64,000 nt of DNA from Daphnia carinata. Taxonomy: Eukaryota. This document shows positions 14,260-26,600 of the stretch, one piece after another (position 1 is the stretch's first letter; every line of letters starts with the position of its first letter). The notes under the pieces are model-generated. The model saw only the letters and a list, made by a program, of their open reading frames with translations, was not told the origin of the DNA and did not search any database. A program made the translations under genes and the position numbers. Location: the NCBI RefSeq assembly GCF_022539665.2, contig NC_081333.1, positions 3,968,001-4,032,000 of the forward strand. Direction: 5' to 3'.

Positions 14260-15460
14260 GAAATTTGTTGATCAGTCCCACAAAGGATCCAATGAATTAG
14301 CCACGGCAATTATGAACGCTTGGAGAAGTTGTTTTGAAATAGGTTTTGTTCTACATTCTTTGTATGGGGTGTTCGGAGACGTAAGTAAAAAAATTTGTTT
14401 TCTCCAGACGACGACTGAGTCAAAATATCAAGAGAAAGCGATTGGCAATGAAAACACTGCGCAGGAGAAAAAAACTACAACACCCATGACAAGACTTCTG
14501 CCACTACTGAAGGCTGCCTGGCTGAGCCAAGCTGCCAAGGTTGCTTATTGCGTAGTAGTGGCATGCACACTTGGCGGGAGGTTTCGGTGGGCGGGAACTG
14601 ATCTGTGTATGTTTGTGGCGGACACATTTTGCCTCGCGACACTCATGTTAAATGCCATCTAGCGGTTATTATTGTAAGACAATATAGAAGATGTGTCGCT
14701 CTGTCAGCTGTTGGGCTTAGACGACAGGATCGATTAGCATTAGCTGCCGTGAATCCTGAATTTTCAACACCACCACTAAACTTTGGATGTTGTTGTTGAC
14801 CACAATATCTGATTCCATGCAACATTCCAACCCATCAGCCCCCCCTTCCCACGCTATAACTGACGAAGAAGACTTTGATCTCGATTCGACGAACTGAGAC
14901 GGGTCACCCTTTATGCCTTCATGGCATTACGAGAAAAAATACAAGAAGACATATACATGAATTGACACAGTTTCAAAGAATTTGCTGCTTCCCAGTAATA
15001 AAAAATGTTTCACAAACAACTGTGACCCGGAGCCCCAAGCGTTAGCCGAAGTCAGACTTTCAATATACTCCGACTATGGCCTATCACTCTCAATGTGACA
15101 CGAAATTTTCGTTGCAGACTACTGCAATGAATTGACAGTTTTGTCTTCTTCTCAACTTGTAACATACATTAAAATAACTTATTCTCAATGTGATCTGTAG
15201 TACTTGTGCCATGTTTGTAGGCTAAGTCATAAATGAAGAAGTGTTTTTATTTTTTGTGGGACAAAATAAATAAAACGAATCAAAGAAATTTCAAAAGACA
15301 CTGTTGAAATATTATTCGTATCTTTGATCACGAATACAAGCAAAACATTATTAACGAGTCCGTATTTTCCCATTTGTGTTATCCACTTCCTTTTATTTCG
15401 ACGACAGTCGCAAAAATCAATTATTTACCGGAATGCACAGTATATACACTGACTTGGGAT
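14260..15460. repeat. Segmental repeat copy 1 (distal upstream region of InR-A plus an InR 3' flank)
   Basis: Collinear similarity to 18750-20400. Shared strings include 'gaatcctgaattttcaacaccac', 'agccccaagcgtta', 'cgttgcagactac' and 'ttgtcttcttctca'. Confidence 0.85.
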
Positions 15461-17990
15461 TACATTTATTAGATTATCAAATCGGGAATCTTCCCGTTCA
15501 TTCCGGCCAATTTTAATCGACTGAGACGTGTAGTTCGAATCGTATCTCACACGGACAACGATATCCTCGGCATAATTTGCAACTGACAAACTGGAGATGA
15601 ACCAAAATTTCCATTAGCTTTTCCAAATAAAAACAGATATACAACACTGCTTGGTGCACGCCGACCATCACTGCAGTCTTGTTATAAAGAGGAATATTTC
15701 CGATGGGATTGAGACAGGCCACCACCTCATTGGTTTACTATGTATAATACGCAAACCTACCACCGTGTAGCTTGTTCCCGTGACTTCTTGATAAAAAAAA
15801 AAAAATGACCAGCTGATTACTTTTATCGTTGTTGAAATGGAATTGGCATAAGCCCTCAAATCTTTAGGCTGGTCTACTTCTATAAATTAAACAAAAGGAA
15901 ACAACAATGAAAATATAAACAAATAATACTAATCCTTGAGTTAGCTCATGCTTTACCCTCTGGACTCGTTCTCTCGTACAAAAGGGCTTTACGGGCGTCT
16001 ATGCGTGTCCCGTTTTCTTCCGTGCTACACTACAGGAACTGTTTCGATATTATTTACCGATGCTCCTTGGCGAATATAACAAGGACCTAAAACTGTAACT
16101 CATTGTTTTGTATAAGTAAAATTGTAACTCATTGTTTTGTTTCCTCTCCTCCCCAAAACTAAGATGACATTGCTGCACCTAGAATTACCATTGAATTTCA
16201 ATAATGTAGTTCCATCCCAAAAATTGCTAACGAAGAAAATCCTTTTTCTTACCAAAATGCGTTGTTTCGTTTTATAAAACAATTTCCAGTTTTCAATTCG
16301 ACATACGGGTATTCTTCGTTGAAAATGGTCATCGCGGAACCATCCTGCATGCCTCACTGCCGCCTTGGCCACATTGGCCACATTGGTCGCATACGACAGA
16401 CAAATCAATGGTGTTCAATAGATTTTTTTTTCTCGTTTAAAAGTCAAAACACAAAAGGAGTGAGAGGAACAATTAAAAACCAGATTTTTGCCATTTTCTT
16501 ATAAAAGACATATGATCAATCAACAAGAGGAAATCCAAGTCACGACCGATTGGAGTACCAAGGCCTTTCGCACAACAACTAAATTGACTATGATATTGAC
16601 AGCTTTTATTGGCATTTGATTTCCCAATGGTTCCCAAGGACCCCTCTCCCCAAAGAAAAAAAAAACGAGATGCCGAATTCCTCGACTTCTATGGTCCTTT
16701 ACTGACCCCGTGCTTTTTCCTGACATTATGAACCAGTTTATTCCCATTTTTGGTAATGAGAGACTTAATCATTTGGCTAAAAGCTCAGATGGGTATTGAT
16801 TGGTATTCAAAAAAACCTTACCTTTTTGGCAGTCGTCATTGCTCCAACAAGTTTTCGTCCATCACCATCAGTTGGACAAAGATCCGGGCATTTGGGACAT
16901 TCGCTGGCAATTTTATTGCCCTGAAAACAGAATGAAAATAAATATAATGAAAAAAGATCTGTCGGGAGTATTCTATGTTGGCGGGAGTTACAAGAACCCG
17001 AAAATATTTAACATTCATTTATCCAACATCTCCAATTTCCCTTTACAATTAAACTACTTTCGATCGAAGATAGCGGATGAAACTTATTATTATTATCATT
17101 AAAAGTAATCTTTTTATCTTAATCCAAAAGGTGGCACTAAAAATCCTTAACCTTTCCCTTACGTAAACGCCAATACACCTTTCGCAAACAAACAAAAAAC
17201 CGGTTTCCCTAATATGGACGACGACACAAACCAACAAGAAATGCCATGAACGAACACTTCTAGTTTAGATTAAAATACTTAAGAACCAAATAATAATAAT
17301 AACCTGGACGAAATGATTGAGGCGCCCAGAATGACCAATCCGGCCTCTGTCGATTGATTCCACGTACTAAAGATTTGGATTTTTTTCAATCAAGACGAAA
17401 CCGCGCTGCAATTCCGCCAAAGATCTGAGTCCAATTTCCTGTTTAATTCACAATAAAACAGCGATTAGAATAGCAACACTTCATGAAATGTAATACACAA
17501 GAAAAGGATGAACAGACTCACACATACTAGGACAAACTGGAAAAAATGGTCACCCAAATATTTCTTCCGTTGAGTAACCGTGGGAATTAAGTGCTTTGCT
17601 TTAATGGCGCATAAAAATTACAACTTTTAACCAAAACATAAAATAATCAGTTATTTGGTAATGACACTAGTAAATGGCTTCGAAAATCAAAAGCAGGTTT
17701 TCCTTCACTAAACCAGTGGTCAAGGAGTTTGTGAAAATGATAACATCTTTTATCACCAAGTGAATGTGACGATATTTGTTGGCTTGCTCGTTAAAATTAT
17801 TACGTAACATTACTTCAAAGACTTACCATACTCTCTTTCTCTCCTAGAGACTGATTTAATATTTCGTCTGTCATTTCCACTTCTTTGCACTGGCGATTTT
17901 TTTTCTGTTTTCCTTTATTTCTTCTAAGTTGTTTGATGCGAGTGCTTAAATCCAACCGGTATCCATATCAACCGATCTTCAACCCTATGA
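15230..17990 (-). pseudogene. Degenerate, internally deleted insulin receptor copy lying between paralogs A and B
   Basis: Collinear remnants are present: 3' flank (15240-15460), FnIII exons (15490-16010), Cys-rich exons (16250-16400), exon 4 (16820-16920), exon 3 with TGC>TAG at 17367-17369, exon 2 reduced to about 15 nt (~17521-17536), and an exon 1 remnant whose ATG is lost (~17820-17920). The TM, kinase and tail are absent. Confidence 0.9.
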
Positions 17991-18749
17991 GACAGATAAA
18001 ATTTAATAAAATACCAGTAAAACGAAGTTACAATCCGATTTTTACCCTCAATTGTAATTAAGGGCGGATCCGAGTCTTCCTCTTTCGATCTTCTTATTTT
18101 ATTTGGTGGTTCTTCGATACGTTTATTTCACGGCCACTCTACAGCTTAACCATTTCCGACTACTACCCACCTCCAAACCGACTGCAGCTGGCTAGTTCAC
18201 ATGAGGGAGTCAAAGAATACATGAGATTGTCAATAAATGTTATTCTTAAATAAGGAATACCTACGACCATATGTATCTTGGGCGACTTTTAAATGGCATT
18301 CGACCCAATAATCGTCTGTTTTAGTCTTCGAAATTATTTCAGCCACACTTTCTACGATCCTGAATGGGACGTGATTTCCTTCACTTGGGCGTCAGTTGTT
18401 CACATACTTCCTACAATTGCGACTACGTCGATCCTAAATCCCTCGACGTTGTTGAACTGGTGGTAGCTGTAACGTGATGACGCCAAAATAGACTGAATAA
18501 TTTTCGAAAAGCAGCTTAAAGTCATGGGGTTACCAAAGAAAAGTTTCTCGATTAGTTCATAACGAAATACGAGGAAAAATATGGATTTCTAATTTTTCAT
18601 ACCTTCAGTGTTGACCTAGTGCCAAAATGTCAAGAGGTAAAAGATGTCGAGCGTGCACAACATGTGGATGTAAGCATGTGGATTAATTCACTACACTTTT
18701 CACATAACTTAATGTAGGATCTATTCTAACTCCAATATTGTTAAATTTT

Positions 18750-20400
18750 TCAAAATTCAGTCCAACACAACTCCTTAACGGATTCAGTACGGTAATTAAC
18801 ATGTGATTGAATTAATTTTTTGAAATGGCTTTTATTGTATATTCCTTTTTTGGTTGTGCAGAGACGTAAGTGAAAATTTAGTTTTTTCCAGCGACGACAA
18901 GAACCAAATACTAGGGGGAAAGCGATTGGCAACGAAAATACTGAATAAGAGAAAGACATAACGACAACATTCATTCCGAGACCACTGACACCACTGAAGG
19001 CTGAGCCAAGGTTGCACGATAGCCCCTTACGTCCTAGTGGCATGCAAACTTGGCGGGAACTAAACCTTGGACGTTTGTACACAGTATTTGTTGCCTTGCC
19101 TCGCATCTTATATGCCATCTAGCGGGTTACATGTAAAATTTCCCAGAAAATTTGTTAAACAGCTTTTGGAGTGGGAAGGACATGATCGATTGGCCGCCGC
19201 GAATCCTGAATTTTCAACACCACGACTTAACTTTAGATGTTGTTGTTGACCATGATATCTGATTACTTGCAACATTCCAAACCATCAGCCTCCCCTTCCC
19301 ACGCTTATAACTGACGCCGAAGACTTTGATCTCTATTCAACGAAACGAGAGGGTAAACTTTTATGTTCTCAGCATTATTGGAAAAAATGCAAGAAGACAT
19401 GCAAATGAAATGACAACTATTTCAAAGAATTTGCTTGTCCCCTGTAACTAAAAGCGTTTCGCGATCAGCTGTGACCGGTAGCCCCAAGCGTTATACCAGA
19501 AGTCAGATTTCAAAAACGCCACAACAATGGCCTATTCCCGTAAATGTCATACAGAATTCTCGTTGCAGACTACGACAATGAACTAACTATGGCAATCCGT
19601 TTTACCCAAAAACAAAAACATATTTTTTTTATATATTACTCCACCATCTACCGGTCAGATTTCTAGTTAATTCTCTACCTACACTCACCGAATGTTTTCT
19701 GCTGCATCACGCTAGTGCTGTAGCGTACTTGCGCTTGGGCTTATTTATCAGTCGGGCTTAAAAATTTTTTCGGCAAAAACTGACACTCATCGGAATTGGT
19801 TTAATATCACAGGATATACTCAAAATTGAATGTTGATTCCGGTAAAATTGCTATTTTTTTCATTAAGTTAATCGTTTTTGAAATACACCTAATATTTGAT
19901 GGAATGCTAGCGCGCCAGTACGCTACAGCGCTAGCTAGATGTAGCAGAAAGTCGGGCTTATTTATTAGTCGGGCTTAACATTTGGCTACTGGCCCGCTAG
20001 CATTGCATCAAATATTCGGTGCATTTCTTTTAGTAAAACGGATTGCCATAACTAACAGCTTTGTCTTCTTCTCAGTTTATAAACTACTCTCGTCGGAATA
20101 ATATTCTCAATATGATCTGAAATGCTTGCGCCGAGTATGTAGGCTAAGGTCACAACAGAAGTAGTTCTTTTCCGAGTGTTTTTGTGGGACCATAAATAAA
20201 ACAAGTCGAAGAGATTTCGAAATGCACTGTATAAATATTATTCGTAACTTTGACACAAACACATACAAAGCATTGTTGACCAGTCCGTTTTTCGGCATCT
20301 GTGTTATCCACAACGTCAGGGTTCCTTTTTTTCGGCAGTCACAAAATTCATTTTTTACCGGAACGTTCAGTATATACACTGGCTTAGGGTTACATATACA
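18750..20400. repeat. Segmental repeat copy 2, interrupted by the MITE
   Basis: Same shared strings as 14260-15460, with a 463-bp insertion at 19588-20050. Confidence 0.85.
19588..20050. mobile_element. Non-autonomous DNA transposon (MITE), 463 bp, with 18-bp perfect TIRs and a 6-bp TSD
   Basis: TIRs are tatggcaatccgttttac (19588-19605) and gtaaaacggattgccata (20033-20050). The flanking direct repeat actaac lies at 19582-19587 and 20051-20056. The paralogous site near 15125-15145 is empty. Confidence 0.9.
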
Positions 20401-20621
20401 TATATATATATACATTTATAAGTACAAACAATACACTGAAAAATAAATGTCAGATAATAATGAAGGAGATAATCGAAGAGACTTTTTTGTTTGCAAATGC
20501 ACTGGTTTGTTTCTGTTATGAGCTATTCCCTTTCTTGTAGGTAAACTGACAGACAAAACACTGGTTTGCACGAGGTAGATTATAACTCGGAGGAGACTGA
20601 GAGAGATAATGGAGAAATTCG

Positions 20622-23600
20622 TCAGCATTCTGTGTTGTTATGCCGTCGCTGTTTCAAGATGCCCATGACGTAACCGTTGGACGTGCTGCCGTTGCTCACG
20701 TAACTGCCTTTGCTGTCCTCGCTGGCCACCGAGGTAGTCCCCTTGGAGCTGTCACTTTTGCTGCCGTTGCCGTTGGAAGCCACATGACCGCTAGGATTTT
20801 TCACAAGAATATAGGCACCACCTCTATCATGCGGGAAAAGGACCGGAACATGATCTTCGTCACCAAGTTCGTCATCTCTTAGATCTTCTTCGCCATCAGC
20901 ATTTCTTCTGCTTTCGAATCGCGGATCAGAGACAAGCGGTATTCCACTTTCATTGTCGATTTGTCGTTCGTCATCGATTTGCAAAATGTCGGCACTTCCA
21001 TAAAGCCGAGTTTGTGATAAAGGGTCACTCACGAGAAAATCCCCACTCTCAAGTAATGCTTCACGAAGCGATGAAGATGGATCATTAAAAAACTGTGTCT
21101 CTTTCTCGTATTGCGCCTTGAGAGCAGCACGGGCACTGACACCAGCGTCTGAATGGTAAAAGGATACACTTGCAAACTGCGATGGAACCTACGCAAACAA
21201 ATTATTTGTTAATAGGAGATCATCAATCGAAGATGTCAACGTCATCTTACGTCAGGTAGAAGATTTTCGATGAGGTCAATAAAAGTGGGTCGTTTCTTGG
21301 CAAGGAATTGCCAACAACTTTCCATAAGAATATATAGCCTGTCTGGACACCCTTCGGGCCGTTCCATGACTCCGCCGTCGATGACGTACTTGAGAACCTG
21401 CTCGTTGGTCAAACCCTGGTAGGGCTGCGAAGCCAAAGTGGCCATTTCCCAGAGGACGACGCCAAAACTCCAGACGTCGCACTGCGAGGTGTAGACGCCG
21501 TCCCGCAGCGACTCGGGTGCCATCCACCTGACGGGCAAAAGCCCTTTACCTCCTTTGCGGTAATAATCCGTCTCGTAAATGTCGCGCGTCAACCCGAAAT
21601 CGCCTATCTTGACCGTCAGATCGCCGGCCACCATGCAATTACGAGCGGCCAAATCGCGATGGACGTACTTCTTCTCAGACAGGTACAACATGCCGTCGGC
21701 GATTTCGATGGCCATCTTCAAGATGCACTGAAATAAATCAATAATCGTTATGAAAGTACGTGCAACTACAAGAGCCAGGGATGTGTGTACCTTGAGCGTA
21801 GGTGGTTGGCGGCCTTGATCAACATTTTCTTCACAGTCTGGGCGATGGGAACGCAAGTAAGACTTTAAATCTCCATTAACCATCAATTCCATGATGACTA
21901 ACGTCGGCTGGGCTTTTGAAACAACTCCCAATAGTTTAAGAACGTGGTGTGCATTAAATTCCCTGAAAAATTTTGTCGCGTTAGGATTTCAGTAATGAAT
22001 GAGACGAAAAATGATTCCTTACTTCATAACCGAGGCCTCCGTGAGAAATTCAATTCGCTCATTGATGGTGGCTTTTTCATTGACAGTCTTCACAGCGCAC
22101 TTGACCTCGGGCTCGTTGGGAACCGTGTTGCGCAACAGACCCTCGTAAACCATGCCAAAAGAGCCCTGACCCAGTTCATGCAGGATGACTACGTTCTCTC
22201 GGGCCACTTCCCACTCGTCGGGAACATATTCTGAACGAAAAAAATGCATTTGCAATTAAAGAAACGAATAACTTTCACAAATTGATAGTCAATACTATGG
22301 TAATCCGGATTGATGGATATGATTCCATGTTCATCCTTGTTCTTTTTGTTCTTCATCATGAAGTATCCAATGCATAGAATCGATATGATTACTATTAACA
22401 CAAGGACGAGAATACCGGTAAGAATGCTGCCACTAAGTCCATTGAAGTGTTCCTGTTTGAACGGAAAACGTGAAGTGAAAGTAATATCTCTTGAAACAGG
22501 GACACTACCTCAATAAGAAAGCAAACGTCCTTTGTGGGTGGGCCAGACCCAGCTAAAGAAAAAGCCCGGACTTGGACGCAGTAGTTTCCAGGTATTAGAT
22601 CTCCCAGCACTCGGGTTTTGTTGCTTTCTACAAAGTCTTTTCGACGAACGCATTCTTTAACGATTTTGCCCTGAAATAAACATTTGAAACAACGTATAAA
22701 AATGGGAAAACATGGAAACGAAAAGACATGACATAAACCTACGTTGTCTGATCGTTTGTACTCAAGTAGGTATTTCGTTATAAGACCATTGGGATCCTCC
22801 GGTTCATTCCATCCAATTTTGATCGATCGAGACGTGTGATTCGAGTCGTATCTCATTATACCACCAACGATATCATCGGCATAATCTGTAATAGACAAAC
22901 GGAAGATGAAATCACAGTTCCATTGAGAATTTTTCAAATAAAAATGAGTATACCACTCTGCTTGGTGCGAGCTGACGTAACGGCAGTCATACTACAAAGG
23001 CTTTTACCCGTGTTGGGATCAGTTTCATGACAAGCAACAACTTTAATCGTATACTCGGCATAGTGTCGTACGCCTACCACCGTGTAGCTCGTTCCAGTCA
23101 CTTTTTGATAAAAGGTGACCAGCCGATTATTATCGTAGATGTTGGTGTGATTTTCATTAGCTATCATGGCCGTCGCTCGGTTCTGCGACGAATTAATTAT
23201 TGCCTTGTCTTCTGGGAATTCTATATCTTGTTCACCCACTGCGGTCGTTGTATCAACGTGACGTTTGTTTCTGGCGAAGCTACTACGCCAAGAAAAGATC
23301 CAGTTACTTCCGGCTAATTAGAAGGCAGCAAAAAAACAAAACTTACTGGGTGTCTTTGACATAAATTTTGTCATGCAGGAAGTTTTCAAATTCAATCTTG
23401 AATTGTTGTTCTTTTTCTTTCTTCTCCAATGTAATTTTATCGCTCGGCCCAGTACATTCACAACACTTCCCTTGCTGAGTGTTAACAGCGCCACCGCTAC
23501 CACCTCCGGCGTTGTTATTTCCTCCCACGCCGATTCCAAGAAGAGTCGGATCGCTAAAGATCGATGTTCGATTGTCTGGGGATGCCTCCTCAACGGCTTT

Positions 23601-26600
23601 CTTCGTCTCACTGACAACCAGTGAACTAACATCTGCAGTTCATAACGGAATGTCACTATCAATTAGAATGCGAAACAAATAATGGGCTATTTCCTAATTA
23701 AAAATCACTTACGCTCAGCGCAGGAATCGTGTTTGTCAACATAATCTTGGTCGTCTTTCCGCCAACTTCCGGTGACGATGTAAAATGACACAATCCCGTT
23801 CGGATTAATGGGTGGTTTCCATTCGATGATGAGTTCTGAACTGGAATTGGCATACGCCCTCAAATCTTCAGGCTGGTCGGGTTCTATTTTATACAAATGA
23901 ATAAATATTTAATGCATCTTGTCTTTATCTTTTCTTAATTTTTATTTTTACCAGCTGGACTCGTTCTCTCGTACAAAATGAGACTACGAGCGCCAATCCT
24001 TTTGCCAGAGTGTTGAGGTGCTACTGTGTACGTCTGGACGTAGATGGCGTACTGAGTGTAAGGCTTTAGATTAGTAATGATGGTGAGTTCATTTTCTTCT
24101 GGTTCGGCTTCAGCGTTTGCTGGGACGTCGATGGTCGTCCATCTAAATAAAAACGTCACGTCAATGAATAACAAGAACATAATTTATCTAAATTCAAAAC
24201 GTACCCATCACCACCGCAAGCATCACGCCGATCAAAGTACGAGATATTGGCATAAGGAGCCTCAATATAGGAGATTACATAGCCTAACAACTGCCGTTTA
24301 TCCGCTAAAGTAGCTCTGAAATTGTTCCAGCTAAGTTGCATGTTTTTGTCGGACTTGTTAATGACTGTGACATTGAGTAGTTGTTCATCGCACGTGGCCT
24401 TATCGCCGTTCGACCACGGTGAGATGTCCACGTCTGAGTACTTAAACGCCTCAGTGCCTGGAAGTCTACTAGAATTGACGAGCTCTTCGATCAAGTTCAA
24501 ACAGAGTTTCGGGTTGAAATGGAACAAAATCTTTTTGTGAATCGTCAAATTCTGCGTCTTGGGCCAAAGCTGCTGCAGGTTTTGGTTGTCCTGGACCATC
24601 AATGCGTATCTGTAGATGCAAAAAGAAACGAAATGTTAAGCAAAATAAGCTGACGCGTAAGGGATTGAACAGATCTTACTCGTCGTCAAAATTTTTACTC
24701 CCAATGGAATGTAACGCATCCGGCTTCCCGGTAATGGTCTTCAAGCTCTTGAAGAAACTCAACGAAAGGATGGGAAAGGATCGTGTGATTTTGAGGACAC
24801 CTCGGATCACTTCGATGCTGCCAAGACTCCTCTCCAATTCCTGAATGATATTGTCACCGCCTTTTATTTGCATTTCTAGATCTCCATCGATTGTTGTGCA
24901 TCCGCGTAGCTTTTGAACCGTTTCAATATTACTCAAAAATGATCCTTTGCAAATCTTGGGACAAGGTCCTGTCATCATTACACAAATCATTATGATGTTT
25001 CGTAAAGTTATAACGAAAATGTTAAGCAGCACCTTGGCAAGGCACGCACGTAAAATACGACGTTCCATTGTGTTGCTTTCCCTCTTCCTGGAAACCAGGT
25101 GGGCATTCCTATGAAAATCATGACCATAGAAAATAAATGTATTCATTCAATCCAAATACTTTGCAAAAGAAGAAAAATCTTTCATACCAAAATGCATTCT
25201 TCCGTTTTATCAAACACTTTCCATTTCCGTTCGACACGCGGATATTCTTGAGCAGATTGACGAGGAGATGGCATTGTAATGCACTCGATGTCCGTGACGC
25301 AGCGCCGTTTCATAAACTGACGGAAAAATGAAAAACAAACATTGACATACATGTAGAAAATAAAAAAAAACAAATTAAAAAGTATGATCCAATTCCGACC
25401 AAAGGCTCGTCCTTTCTTGCAGGAAAGGACGGCTCAAGTACTCGATAGTTTCGACGCATTGCACGTAATTCAATAGGAACCGAATGGCAAGTAGCAAATC
25501 GGACCAGGCCGATCAAGTGCACATGTACCGCACTTCAAGCCGAAAGGGTACATTGCAAGAGGGCCAAGAGAGAAAGTTTTTTCTTAGAAGAGGTGAGAGG
25601 TGATTCTTACCAGGTAATGGCCCGGAGGGCAAACAGATCGGCATTCGCCATTGTGGATGACGTGTTTACAAACGTCGCACTGGTTGCTCTGGTTGCCGCT
25701 GCATCCGCCGGCGCATTCCTCGTGACAGCACTGCATTTCGGATGGACGTCCAACTTCTTTCGAAATCATGCTGCATGCCCCGCTGCCGCCTTGACCGCAT
25801 TGATCGCATACTAACGACAAACCAACGGTGCTGATGTTAGTTTTTCTTCATGTACACAAATCAAAACATGAAGAGTGTGAAGTGGGGAATGCAAAACGAG
25901 ATGTCGCCCTTTCCCCATAAAACGAGCAGTCAACCGATACCAAAGGGAAGTCTCGTTAGCCATCAGCCAAGTATGGGCATGAAGGCGAGCAACCGGAATG
26001 ACCGTCATTTATAATTTCATGTTACTAACGATTTTGATCTCTTTTACACCACGTCAGAAGTTACAACAACAAACTATTATCTTATTTTCTTGGTTATTGC
26101 TTTTTTTTAATGCTTTATAATGATTCCCAAGATTTAAAGGTCACCACACGTCAGAGGAATAACGGTATCCGCAGAACTTGAGGTTGGAAACTTATCGATC
26201 GAAGTTGGTGCCTCAAAATAATTGAGACATTCGTCTGCGGATGTCGCCACTGTCGGGACCAGAGTTGTTTTTATTTTTGTGTTGGAAATACACTTTTTTT
26301 CTTTTGTTTGCTTGAGGAATTTCAACAGCAACAAAAAGTTGTAAAACAACAACAACAAAAGGAAAAAGAAATCCAAGTCACGGCCGCTGGCAGTGCCAAG
26401 GTTTTATCCACAACAACTCGATCTGACAATCGTGGCATTTGATTTTCCTATAATTCCCAAGGAAAAAAACTGGCAAATTGGTCCCAACTCTTGTTGTCTT
26501 TTCCTGACCTTTTGCTTTCTGACGTTTCGAACCAGTTCCTTTTCGTTTTTGGCGATACGAGACTTATTGATTTATTCAGCTAATAGTTGAGCTGAGTCAT

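Noticed and set aside
15490..17990. Middle InR copy as a secreted decoy receptor (ectodomain without kinase)
   Set aside because: The start codon is lost, L1 exon 2 is deleted, exon 3 has a stop and the other exons are fragmentary, so it cannot encode an ectodomain.
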